The translations under genes and the position numbers were made by a program. The notes beneath the pieces were generated by a model. It saw only the letters and a list, made by a program, of their open reading frames with translations. It made no database searches and was not told the DNA's origin. This document shows positions 1 to 9,568 of a DNA stretch of 64,000 bases, piece after piece. The DNA is from Candidatus Woesearchaeota archaeon (GTDB taxonomy: Archaea > Nanobdellota > Nanobdellia > SCGC-AAA011-G17 > ARS1403). Every line of letters begins with the position of its first letter. Within the stretch, counting starts at the first letter, position 1. The stretch lies in NCBI GenBank assembly GCA_016188065.1, contig JACPIN010000020.1:764-64763 (forward strand). The letters are read 5' to 3'.

Positions 1-1143
1 TTATACGAAGGAAAACCGATAGATGGAATAATGGGGGTTAGCTTCAAAAATAAAGAAGGAAAAGCTATTCACAATCCTCAGAGAGAATTAGAGCCTTTAG
101 ATAATTTTCCAAGAATGCCTTATGAATTAATTCCAGAAGAGAAATTAATAAGAAGCGTTGCTGAGATGGATACTAGAGTTATAGATTATTTTTCAAGCCA
201 AGGCTGCCCTTACAGGTGTGAGTTCTGCGCTGACCCAGATGTTTACAAAAGGAGAACCACCCTACATAGTGCTGAAAGAGTTTTGAATGATATACAATTT
301 TTGGTTAATAAGTATAAAATTAACTGCGTTGTCTGCACAGATACTAATTTTTTCATAAATGAAAGAAGGATTCAAGATATTTGCAGAGGCTTGATTGAAA
401 GAGGGATAAAGATTAAATGGGGCAGCTTGAATATCAGAAGTGACCAGTTCTTGAGGTTAAAAGAAGAGACAGTTGAATTGATGGAAAAAGTTCATTTCTA
501 TAGTTTCTTGAATGGAGCTGAATCAGGTGACCAAGAAATTTTGGACTTGATTAAAAAAGATTCCACTGTTGAAAACACAATCAATATGGCCAAGAGGTGC
601 AAGAAGTACGGGTTCAAGGTTTACTTCTCATTCATTATAGGGATGCCATTAATTCCAAATAATGGAAGGACAAGCAAGGATATTGTAAAGCGAGAGTTTG
701 ATGCCCTTGTAAATATTTTAGATAAAATAATATCCATTGAAAAGGGTCATAGTTTTTACTTGTCTATGTATACTCCTTATCCTGGCTCTCCATTGTATCA
801 GAATGCATTGAAACTTGGATTCAAAGATCCTAAGAGTTTAGAGGAATGGGGGGATTTTACATTCGATAAAATAAATGTTCCTTGGATTCCAAAAGGTTAT
901 ATCCAGAAAGTTGACCAGCTTGAAGAATTATTTCTACCTTTCTTAACTGGGCATATCTATAAGAAATTCAAGAACTATGGAATGCTTGGAAAGATTGCTA
1001 AGCCTGGAGCCCAGTTAATTGGAAAAATTGTAGAATACAGGTGGAAAAATAGAAAATTTGGTTATCCAATTGAATATCACTTGTTAAAAAATGGGAAGAG
1101 ATTGATGAGGGCTTTGTATCCTAGAATCGGTTATAAGGATTAG
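1..1143 (+). CDS. B12-binding (class B-like) radical SAM protein, 5'-truncated by window edge
   Basis: Frame +1 is open from base 1 (LYEGKPIDGIMG...). CxxxCxxC motif SQGCPYRCEFC; GAESGDQEIL and YTPYPGSPLY motifs typical of BchE/class B radical SAM enzymes. Confidence 0.8.
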   Translation, partial: LYEGKPIDGIMGVSFKNKEGKAIHNPQRELEPLDNFPRMPYELIPEEKLIRSVAEMDTRVIDYFSSQGCPYRCEFCADPDVYKRRTTLHSAERVLNDIQFLVNKYKINCVVCTDTNFFINERRIQDICRGLIERGIKIKWGSLNIRSDQFLRLKEETVELMEKVHFYSFLNGAESGDQEILDLIKKDSTVENTINMAKRCKKYGFKVYFSFIIGMPLIPNNGRTSKDIVKREFDALVNILDKIISIEKGHSFYLSMYTPYPGSPLYQNALKLGFKDPKSLEEWGDFTFDKINVPWIPKGYIQKVDQLEELFLPFLTGHIYKKFKNYGMLGKIAKPGAQLIGKIVEYRWKNRKFGYPIEYHLLKNGKRLMRALYPRIGYKD

Positions 1144-1178
1144 ATAAGTTTATAATTATTTTTTTAAATTATTTTTTT

Positions 1179-2195
1179 ATGAAAGTTATCGTTTATGCTG
1201 AAGATCCTAATCTTAACTATCTTAAAGGTCTTAATCTTTTAGATAAAAATAAAAAAATTGAATTAGAATTAATAAATTCTCGGTTATTTTCTTCTATGAT
1301 GTCATTTATCAAGGGAAAAATTTCTATTAAAGAACTAATAAAGATATTTTTTGCACCAATCAGAATCCTGTTTTGCAAAAATATTATTGTCTCTACAGGC
1401 CCATATGGAAAGAAAGTTTATTATTTTTTATTATTGAAATTGCTTGGGAAAAATTTAATTTATTATAACTCTTGGCCTTACTGGAATGATAAGGATAAAT
1501 ACATCAACAATCCCGGACTATTCGGCAGATTTTTCTGGAAAATTTTTTTGAAAGACCTGAAAGTGCCTACAGTAACACATTTTGGAGTTGATGAGGTTAA
1601 AAAACTTGGAGCTAGAGGATACTATAAACCCCAGTGCATTGATCCAGAGATATTTAAAGATAAAAATTACAAAAGGGAGAAAAAAGTGGTTTTGTTTGTA
1701 GGAAGATTGATAGAAGAGAAAGGGATTTTTGGAATACTAGAAGTTGCTTCAAGATTGAAAGAGATTGAATTCTGGTTCGTCGGTGATGGTCCTCTTAAGG
1801 ATAAGATAAAAGGGGAAAATATAAAATACCTAGGAACTAAAACTCGAGAAGAATTAGTTGAGTTGTATAATAAAGCGACAATTTTTGTTCTGAATAGCTA
1901 TTCTGCAACTAATAGCAGATGGGAAGAATGGTTTGGCATTTCATTAGTTGAGGCTATGAGTTGTGGCTTACCAGTTGTATCTACTGATTGCATCGGCCCG
2001 AGAGAAATAATAAAAGAGGGAGTAAATGGATTTTTAATACCACAGAAAGATAATGATTCATTAAGAAATAAGATTGTTGAGCTAATAGAAACCAAAAAAT
2101 TGAGAGAGACATTTAGAAAAAATGGGAAAGAAAGTATAAAAGAATATAACGTAACTAATTTGTCTAAGATATGGTATAACTTGCTTCTGGAATGA
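1179..2195 (+). CDS. GT4 (GT-B) glycosyltransferase
   Basis: LFVGRLIEEKG and EWFGISLVEAMSCGLPVVST (ExFGxxxxEAM) motifs. Confidence 0.9.
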   Translation: MKVIVYAEDPNLNYLKGLNLLDKNKKIELELINSRLFSSMMSFIKGKISIKELIKIFFAPIRILFCKNIIVSTGPYGKKVYYFLLLKLLGKNLIYYNSWPYWNDKDKYINNPGLFGRFFWKIFLKDLKVPTVTHFGVDEVKKLGARGYYKPQCIDPEIFKDKNYKREKKVVLFVGRLIEEKGIFGILEVASRLKEIEFWFVGDGPLKDKIKGENIKYLGTKTREELVELYNKATIFVLNSYSATNSRWEEWFGISLVEAMSCGLPVVSTDCIGPREIIKEGVNGFLIPQKDNDSLRNKIVELIETKKLRETFRKNGKESIKEYNVTNLSKIWYNLLLE

Positions 2196-2230
2196 TTAAT
2201 TTTAAAAACTTTCATTTTAGCTTTTAAAAC

Positions 2231-4102
2231 ATGGTAGGAATTACTGGATATCTTGGAATCAAAGATAAAACCTTGTTGAATAAAATGATAGATTCCTTGA
2301 GATATACTAACAAAGAATTGTCAGATATTTATGGAAGCAGAGAGATATCCATTTCAAGAGTACATCATGGAATTATTGACTCTGAAAAACAACCTATATT
2401 CAACGAGGATAAATCTATTTTTATTGTGATGGAAGGAGAGGTATTTGATTATGAAAATGAAAAAAATGACCTCATTAAAAAAGGCCATAAGTTTAAGCTA
2501 AAAAATAATAGTGCTGAGTTTTGCTTACATCTCTATGAAGAATATGGTGATGATACCTTCGAAAAATTAAATGGAAGCTTTTTGATTACTCTATACGATT
2601 TAAAAAATAAAGAACTTATCTTTGTTACTGATAAACTTGGCTGGTATCCCTTTTTTTATTACATTAACGATAAGAAATTTATTTTTGGTACACAGATGTC
2701 AAGCATATTGCAAGATGGTGAATTTGAAAGGCATTTAAATATAGATTCAATTCATGAATTTTTCACTTTTCAAAGGGTCTTCGGCGATAACACTTTCTAT
2801 AAGAATATTAAGATTTCCTTGCCAGCTACAATTATGAAGATTAAAAGTTATAAAATAAAAACAAAATGCTATTGGAAGATGGATTTTACCTCAGAAGAAC
2901 ATGATGAAGATTACTGGGCTGATGAGTTAGCAAGTGCCTTAAAAAAGGCTATAAATATTAGATTGAATAAAAGAGACTATAAGTTTGGAATCCTTCTAGG
3001 CGGAGGGCTGGATGCTAGAGCTATACTTGCTGGGGCAGATAAAAATGTTACTTGTTTTACTTATGGCACTTATAAAAATAATGAATTTACTTTTGGGGAT
3101 ATGACTGCAAAAATAAAGAAGTCAAAACATGTTTTCTTTCAAATTGATAAGAATCATTTTGCTAATTTGGCTGATGTTTCTATCCGTATTGGTGATGGCA
3201 TGCATCCTTTTATCCATGCTCCATGGATAGGATATTTTGAGGAGATTAAAAAAGATTGCAATGTGTTACTGCATGGGTTTTCTTTTGACATTCTTTTTAG
3301 GGGATTGTTTGTCCCCATGGAGAGGAGATCATTTTTAGGAAGAAATGTTTCAATCAGAAGTATTGATTACACATGGGCTGAAAATAATTTCCTTGATAAG
3401 CTAATTAAAGAAGCGAATTATGGACTGCAAGGCTTAAATCCAGCTCAACTATTTAAAGATAAAAACAATGTCAATAATAATTTGAAGGAAAACTTTACAA
3501 AAGTCCTGGAATCTAGGGAAAATGGCATTAAAAATTTATATGACAGAGTGGATCATTTCTGGATCGACTCACTTTATAGATATCCTTCATTCTTGAATGT
3601 ATCTTGTATAAGGCCTTTTGTCGATGAGATGCTTGTAACTATAGACCCATTATTACTTGATGTCTATCTTAGAATGCCGCCAGAAGCAAGAATCAATGAC
3701 AGAATTTGGAAAAAAACTCTGATAAAATTAAACAAAGACGTTGGAGAAGTTCCTGATGCTAAAACCGGGTTTTCCCCATTGCTGCCAAAATCACTAGAAC
3801 ATGGAATTGTGCTTTCAAGAAAATTGGCTCACAAAATTATGTATAAGATTTTAAATAAGATTAATCCAAAACAAAGAAAAGAGTCTAACTTTGCCGAGTT
3901 AATAAGATATAATAAAAAATTTAGAGAGAAGATGTACAACATAATCAATGATCCAAAAGCAATTAACCCAAAGATATTTGATGTTGAAAATATTAATAAA
4001 ATGTTTAAGCTGCATATTAATGGAAAAGAGGATCATAATACTGCTTTCTTTATTGCATTACTAACATTCGGGAGATGGCATAAAATTTACGGACCTACTT
4101 GA
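2231..4102 (+). CDS. Asparagine-synthetase-like amide ligase lacking the N-terminal catalytic Cys
   Basis: Ntn-like N-terminal domain (EKQPIFNED, GEVFDY, LNGSF, DKLGWYPFFY) plus PP-loop-like LLGGGLDARAIL. Begins MVGITG rather than MCGI. Confidence 0.8.
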   Translation: MVGITGYLGIKDKTLLNKMIDSLRYTNKELSDIYGSREISISRVHHGIIDSEKQPIFNEDKSIFIVMEGEVFDYENEKNDLIKKGHKFKLKNNSAEFCLHLYEEYGDDTFEKLNGSFLITLYDLKNKELIFVTDKLGWYPFFYYINDKKFIFGTQMSSILQDGEFERHLNIDSIHEFFTFQRVFGDNTFYKNIKISLPATIMKIKSYKIKTKCYWKMDFTSEEHDEDYWADELASALKKAINIRLNKRDYKFGILLGGGLDARAILAGADKNVTCFTYGTYKNNEFTFGDMTAKIKKSKHVFFQIDKNHFANLADVSIRIGDGMHPFIHAPWIGYFEEIKKDCNVLLHGFSFDILFRGLFVPMERRSFLGRNVSIRSIDYTWAENNFLDKLIKEANYGLQGLNPAQLFKDKNNVNNNLKENFTKVLESRENGIKNLYDRVDHFWIDSLYRYPSFLNVSCIRPFVDEMLVTIDPLLLDVYLRMPPEARINDRIWKKTLIKLNKDVGEVPDAKTGFSPLLPKSLEHGIVLSRKLAHKIMYKILNKINPKQRKESNFAELIRYNKKFREKMYNIINDPKAINPKIFDVENINKMFKLHINGKEDHNTAFFIALLTFGRWHKIYGPT

Positions 4103-4882
4103 AATAAGGCTTGAACAGAAAACTCCATGGCTTTATACCGGCTTTAACTTCTCTATACATAATTATTGCTGTCAATATAGGCAAAATTGCACCATAGATA
4201 ATCAGGATTATATCCAGTGAGCTGAAGATTGCTGCTATCAAGAAGAGATATCTTGAATTAGCACCTTGTATTACTGTAAAAATTAATCTGAATAAATTTC
4301 TTAAAAATGATTTTTTATATTGTGTATGTTTTTCATTGGGTATTGGAACGGATTTATCTATTGATATGTGCGGTGATTTTCCTTGTGCACATTCTACAAG
4401 TTTAGAAAATATTACCTCATGTTTTAGGTACTGGATTATTCCATTATAGAAACTGAAGAATATAGCAGAGATTCCAAAAATTAAAACCAGTATATCAAAG
4501 TGATTTTGCATTACTCCAATTGTGACTCCGGCAAATACCAGTGGCATAATGATTACTTCTGATAAAGAGTCCAAAAACAAACCATCTAGTGAAGTAGCTT
4601 TTTTATATCTTGCCAATTCTCCATCTACTTGATCAATAACGATCATCAACTCGAATGGGACTATTGCAAGGATTGAAAATAGATAATTATTCATTGCAAA
4701 GAAAAAAGCTACTAATACATTAAAAAATAATAAAGAGAGCGTTACTTGATTGGGGGTTATTTGTGTGTTTATAAGTAATCGCGTTATATATATTGAAGAA
4801 CTTTTCCCCTTAAAGTACCAAAATCGTGCATTTCTGAAGGTTTCTGACAGATCTCTCTTAGCTCTTTTATTGTTGGAGACAT
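4095..4882 (-). CDS. CDP-alcohol phosphatidyltransferase family protein; N-terminus frameshifted near 4800-4830
   Basis: Signature DQVDGELAR...DGLFLDSLSE. The frame extends upstream of the 4694 ORF start through SIYITRLLINTQITPNQVT. The ATG at 4882 (MSPTIKELREICQ) is one base out of frame. Confidence 0.75.
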
Positions 4883-4902
4883 GGAATAAACTTAGCCGTT
4901 AG

Positions 4903-4911
4903 TTATTTAAG
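4903..4911. promoter_or_regulatory. Shared TATA-like box between divergent genes (ATG 4882 minus / ATG 4934 plus)
   Basis: TTATTTAAG centred in a 51-bp gap, 20-23 nt from both starts. Confidence 0.55.
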
Positions 4912-4933
4912 ATTTGCTAATGAAGAATAAAAG

Positions 4934-5884
4934 ATGGTAGATAGTATTATCTGCAATAGCATAAAAAACCTTGAGTTGAAAGAAGGGAGGGGAACTGCGA
5001 TTGCTCACCATGGCGAGATCCTGCAAGGAATGTTTGAAGACGCAGGAAAATTATTCAGGGGATCAGTTACTTTACCATGCCACATCTTTGGATCACAAGC
5101 TAGTTTTTTCCCTAAAAAAAATTCTTCTAAAATTGTTGTTGATCCTGAATGGAAAATAAAATCTAAAAAAGCTGCGGAATTAACCTTAAAATCTTTGGGT
5201 GTTGAGGACATAGGAGGTAGATTAATGATTAAAAGCAATACCCCTTTGAGACTAGGTCTTGGCTCTTCCACTAGTGATGTAAATGCTTCTATTTTGTCTG
5301 TTGCAAATTCCCTTGGTGTTGTGTTATCTCCTGTTACAATTGCAAGCATCGCTGTCAAGGCTGAAATAGCAACTGATGCTATAATATTCGGTGAGAGAGC
5401 TGTTCTCTTCGGACATAGAGATGGAAAAGTATTTGAAGACCTTGGTGGCAATTTCCCTCCAATGGAGGTTCTTGGCTTTAATTCCGATCCAGATGGAGAA
5501 GGAGTTGACACTTTAGCTTTCCCTCCTGCAGAATATTCCTGGCAGGAAATTGAAATGCTTAGACCTTTGGTAGGTTTGATGAGAAGGGCCATTTATGAAC
5601 AGAACCCTAAGCTTATCGGAAGAGTTTCAATTGCAAGTACAGAGATTAATCAAAGATTTTTGCCTACCAAAAATTTTGATAGTATAAAAAATATTGTTCG
5701 AAAAGTTAATGCTGCCGGCTTGCAAGCCTCGCATAGTGGCATAGTTGTAGGGATTATATTTGATTCTAATGACGTTGATAAAGAGCAAAAAATTCATAGG
5801 AGCCTTTCTTTATTAAAAGACATTGGCTATGATAATGTGTGGAGATTCAGAACAGATAAATTACATCTGGAGGCAGGCTTATGA
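4934..5884 (+). CDS. GHMP kinase, PduX/L-threonine-kinase-like
   Basis: HHGEILQG, GHMP motif PLRLGLGSSTSD, ASHSGIVVG. Confidence 0.8.
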   Translation: MVDSIICNSIKNLELKEGRGTAIAHHGEILQGMFEDAGKLFRGSVTLPCHIFGSQASFFPKKNSSKIVVDPEWKIKSKKAAELTLKSLGVEDIGGRLMIKSNTPLRLGLGSSTSDVNASILSVANSLGVVLSPVTIASIAVKAEIATDAIIFGERAVLFGHRDGKVFEDLGGNFPPMEVLGFNSDPDGEGVDTLAFPPAEYSWQEIEMLRPLVGLMRRAIYEQNPKLIGRVSIASTEINQRFLPTKNFDSIKNIVRKVNAAGLQASHSGIVVGIIFDSNDVDKEQKIHRSLSLLKDIGYDNVWRFRTDKLHLEAGL

Positions 5885-6921
5885 AAAACAGATTAGCTTA
5901 CGATAATATTATTGATTTTGTAGAGCTGCCAAAAATAATTAAATTGGATGATAACCTGTATGGCAGTGCCTTCTTCCTGATGAAATTAATGCCTGCGAGG
6001 TTTATATTAGAGAGAGCTGAAAGGGAAGGCATTTTGAAACCTGGATCTTTGGTTGCTGAAACTACATCCGGAACATTCGGCCTGGCTTTAGCTATGCTAT
6101 GTTCTCTAAAAAGTTACAAATTTATTATGGTAACTGATCCTGTTGTCGATGATGCTTTAAAAAGAAGAATCGAAGATTTAGGCGCTGTTGTTGAGATTGT
6201 TCAAAAACCTGCCGATATCGGTGGTTATCAGCGATCCAGGCTTGATAAATTAGTGGAGATTTTAAAAAAAAATTCTGGAAGCTTTTGCCCTAGCCAATAT
6301 GAAAACACAAACAATCCTGCAGGATATTCAAAGTTTGCTGAAATATTAACTGAATCAGTAGGACATATAGATTGTTTAGTCGGCACTGTCGGTTCTGGTG
6401 GATCTGTCTGCGGTACCAGTAAATATTTAAGACAATTGTTCCCAGATCTGCATGTTGTCGGAGTTGATACCTTGGGAAGCGTAATTTTTGGACAACCTGA
6501 TCAGAAAAGATTGTTGCGAGGTCTTGGAAATAGTTTATGGCCTGATAATGTCGATCATACTGTTTTTAATGAGGTTCATTGGGTAAGCGCTGCTGAGGCT
6601 TTCTTGGCTACTAGAATGCTGCATAGAAAACATGCTTTATTTATGGGAGGAACAAGTGGCGCTGCATATATGGTTGCAAAATGGTGGGCAGAAAAAAATC
6701 CTTGTAAAATCGTTGTATGTATCTTTCCAGATGAAGGATATAGGTATCAAGACACAATATACAATGATAGATGGCTTGAAGAAAATAATGTAAAACTTGA
6801 CAAACTTCCTAATAACCCCATTGAAGTAAAAAATCCGATAGATGCGAAAGCTCAATGGTCTTGTATTGGCTGGAATAGAAGAGATTATGAGAATGTCGTT
6901 GGCAAACATAAAGGAACATGA
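5881..6921 (+). CDS. PLP-dependent cysteine-synthase-fold beta-substitution enzyme (DabA/SbnA-like)
   Basis: FFLMKLMPAR (likely PLP lysine), ETTSGTFGLALA, SQYENTNN, VGSGGS, LRGLGN, GGTSGA, FPDEGYRY. ATGA overlap with the kinase. Confidence 0.8.
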   Translation: MKNRLAYDNIIDFVELPKIIKLDDNLYGSAFFLMKLMPARFILERAEREGILKPGSLVAETTSGTFGLALAMLCSLKSYKFIMVTDPVVDDALKRRIEDLGAVVEIVQKPADIGGYQRSRLDKLVEILKKNSGSFCPSQYENTNNPAGYSKFAEILTESVGHIDCLVGTVGSGGSVCGTSKYLRQLFPDLHVVGVDTLGSVIFGQPDQKRLLRGLGNSLWPDNVDHTVFNEVHWVSAAEAFLATRMLHRKHALFMGGTSGAAYMVAKWWAEKNPCKIVVCIFPDEGYRYQDTIYNDRWLEENNVKLDKLPNNPIEVKNPIDAKAQWSCIGWNRRDYENVVGKHKGT

Positions 6922-8120
6922 AACCCTATTTTGTTTTTATTGAAAGCAACACTTCTGGAACTGGAAGAATATTCGCTCAAGCTGCTAAAGATAAAGGATT
7001 CAATCCAGTGTTGTTAGCTGGAGACATTTCTAGGTACCATTATGCTAAAGAAGATAACTTAGAGTTTATAAAGGTCAATACTCAAAATGAAACAGATTTA
7101 CTCAACACTTGTAAGAAATTAAAAAATGTTGCAGGTGTTCTTTCCAGCTCAGAATACTTTATTGAAATGGCGGCGATTATTTCTAAAAAATTAAATTTGC
7201 CTGGGGTTAATCCTGATGCAATTAAAAATTGCAGGGACAAAAGCCTTCAGAGAATTATTTTACAAGAAAATAATATCGGAATCCCAAAATTTTATGTCTG
7301 TGAATCTGAAAAAGAATCTGCCGCTGCAAGTAAAAGCATTGGGTACCCTGTTATTGTAAAACCAGTTATGGGTACTGGAAGCGTCGGAGTCAAACTCTGC
7401 ATAAATATTAATGAGGTAGCAGAACATACTAAGCATCTCCTTAAGCAAAAAACAAATGAAAGAGGAATGCCTGTACCACAAAAAGTTCTTGTCGAGGAAT
7501 TTTTAGACGGTGAGGAATACTCTGTTGAAACTTTTGGAGGAAAAATTATCGGGATTACTAAAAAATATGTTGGATCTTTGCCGAACTTTGTTGAGATAGG
7601 CCATGATTTTCCTGCAGATATAGATAGAGATAAAACAAAAAAAATCAATAAAACTACATTGGATGCCCTGGATGCTGTTGGGCTTGACTGTGGACCTGGA
7701 CACGTCGAAGTAAAGTTCGTTTTTGGCGAAGCAAAAATTGTTGAGATCAATCCTAGACTTGCAGGAGGGTTTATCCCTAAACTTGTTGACTATGCTTTTG
7801 GTGTAAACTTAATTAATGAAACGATTAAACTTACCTCTGGAGAAAGAGTAAATTTGGAATCTACAAGAAAGGATTATTCGTCAATCAGATTCATACTCTC
7901 TCCACGCAAGGGCTTATTCTCTAAAGTTGAAGGCTTAGATAACCTTAAAAACAAAAACATAGTTGAGACTTGTATATATAAGAATGAAGGCAATGAAATT
8001 TCAGTCAATGGTGACTTTAGGGATAGGATTGGGCATATAATCTCTTATTCAAAAAATAAGTCAGAGACCATTAGTGCAGCAAATTCTGCTATTAAAAATT
8101 TGAGGGTTATTGTAAAATGA
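6918..8120 (+). CDS. ATP-grasp ligase
   Basis: CRDKSLQR, VIVKPVMGTGSVGV, VEEFLDGEEYSVE, HVEVK, IVEINPRLAGG. ATGA overlap. Confidence 0.9.
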   Translation: MKPYFVFIESNTSGTGRIFAQAAKDKGFNPVLLAGDISRYHYAKEDNLEFIKVNTQNETDLLNTCKKLKNVAGVLSSSEYFIEMAAIISKKLNLPGVNPDAIKNCRDKSLQRIILQENNIGIPKFYVCESEKESAAASKSIGYPVIVKPVMGTGSVGVKLCININEVAEHTKHLLKQKTNERGMPVPQKVLVEEFLDGEEYSVETFGGKIIGITKKYVGSLPNFVEIGHDFPADIDRDKTKKINKTTLDALDAVGLDCGPGHVEVKFVFGEAKIVEINPRLAGGFIPKLVDYAFGVNLINETIKLTSGERVNLESTRKDYSSIRFILSPRKGLFSKVEGLDNLKNKNIVETCIYKNEGNEISVNGDFRDRIGHIISYSKNKSETISAANSAIKNLRVIVK

Positions 8121-9568
8121 AAGACACAGGAAGAATTACGAAAGGATTAGATCCAAAGATTGTGGGGATATTATATGGAGATAATCTTGATGAGTTAATT
8201 GATGGTGAAATGGTGTATTCCACTCAAGTTGATAGGGCTCATTTAGTTATGCTAACTAAGGAAAAAATAGTGGATAAAAACAAAGTGAAATTGCTGCTAA
8301 ATGAAATAAATAATCTAAGAGAAAATGAATTTGGACCATTAAGAGGCAAGACTCCACATAGGGGAATATACCTTCTCTATGAAGATTATTTAATCGAGAA
8401 GCTTGGCGAGGATATAGGGGGGGTATTGCAAACCGCAAGGTCAAGAAATGATCTTAATGCAACGATATTGAAATTAAGGCTGAGAGGACATTATAATTCT
8501 ATCATGATGAATTTATTAGAATTACAAAAAATTTTGATTGAAAAATCAAACCAGTTTAAAGATGTAATCATGCCGGCATATACTCACTTTCAGGCAGCAG
8601 TTCCAATAACTTATGGACATTACCTTGCTGGAATCGCTAGTGCAATAGACCGAGATATAGAGAACATAATAGCCAGTAGCAAGGGATTGCAATATTGCCC
8701 CCTCGGAGCTGGCGCGGTTGGCGGGACTTCTTTTCCTATAGACTCTAAATTAACTGCAAAATTGCTTGGCTTCTTTTATGAAGTGGAAAATTCTGTGGAT
8801 GCTGTGGCTTCCAGGGATCTTGTATTGAGATTACTATCAGCGACGTCAATTGCAGGAATCACGATAAGCAGATTAGCAACAGATTATTTACTATGGACCA
8901 CTTCAGAGTTTAATTTTCTATCATTTCCAGATAAACTTGTTGGGTCTAGTTCTATGATGCCTAACAAAAGGAATATCTTTATCCTTGAAAACATCCAAGG
9001 TAAATCCGGTTTTGCTTTGGGACAGTTCATCTCTTCTTCAAATGCAATGCAATGCAAGCCTTACACTAACTCCATTTCTGTTGGTACTGAGGGCGTTAAA
9101 AGTATCTGGAAACCTTTAGAAGAAAGTATTGCAGCAATAATCTTGATGACAAATATGGTAGAGAATGCAACTCCTAATAAAGAAAATATGTTAAGAAAAT
9201 CACTTGATGGGTATACTTTTGCAACTGAAACTGCTAATGAGCTTGTAAGGCAACATGGAATGTCATTCAGATCTGCCCATTATCTTGTTGGAAAAATTGT
9301 TAAAGAATCAATTGAAAACAAAGAACCCTTTAAAGATGCTGCTAAAAGAATATTAAATGAATCAAACAAAAACCTTTCATTTGATAATTTTGAAATGGAA
9401 AGGATTGTAATGAATTCTAGGTTTGGTGGAGGTCCCGGTAGATCTTCATTAAAAATTCTTAATAAAAAACTAATAAGATATAAAAGACATTTTGAAAAAG
9501 ATTTAAAATATTGGGCTAAGTCTGATAAGGTCTTAGAGAGAGAAATAAAAAAAATCTGTGGGTCTTGA
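8117..9568 (+). CDS. Argininosuccinate-lyase-like (fumarate-eliminating) enzyme
   Basis: TARSRND, PAYTHFQAAVP and superfamily signature GSSSMMPNKRN. ATGA overlap. Confidence 0.85.
   Translation: MKDTGRITKGLDPKIVGILYGDNLDELIDGEMVYSTQVDRAHLVMLTKEKIVDKNKVKLLLNEINNLRENEFGPLRGKTPHRGIYLLYEDYLIEKLGEDIGGVLQTARSRNDLNATILKLRLRGHYNSIMMNLLELQKILIEKSNQFKDVIMPAYTHFQAAVPITYGHYLAGIASAIDRDIENIIASSKGLQYCPLGAGAVGGTSFPIDSKLTAKLLGFFYEVENSVDAVASRDLVLRLLSATSIAGITISRLATDYLLWTTSEFNFLSFPDKLVGSSSMMPNKRNIFILENIQGKSGFALGQFISSSNAMQCKPYTNSISVGTEGVKSIWKPLEESIAAIILMTNMVENATPNKENMLRKSLDGYTFATETANELVRQHGMSFRSAHYLVGKIVKESIENKEPFKDAAKRILNESNKNLSFDNFEMERIVMNSRFGGGPGRSSLKILNKKLIRYKRHFEKDLKYWAKSDKVLEREIKKICGS

Noticed and set aside
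2231..4102. Lasso peptide cyclase
   Set aside because: No precursor peptide, leader peptidase or RRE gene nearby; the neighbours are glycosyltransferases.
5881..9568. Housekeeping cysK and argH
   Set aside because: The PLP-lysine motif differs from CysK, no other arg or cys genes are present, and both genes are translationally coupled to a GHMP kinase and an ATP-grasp ligase.
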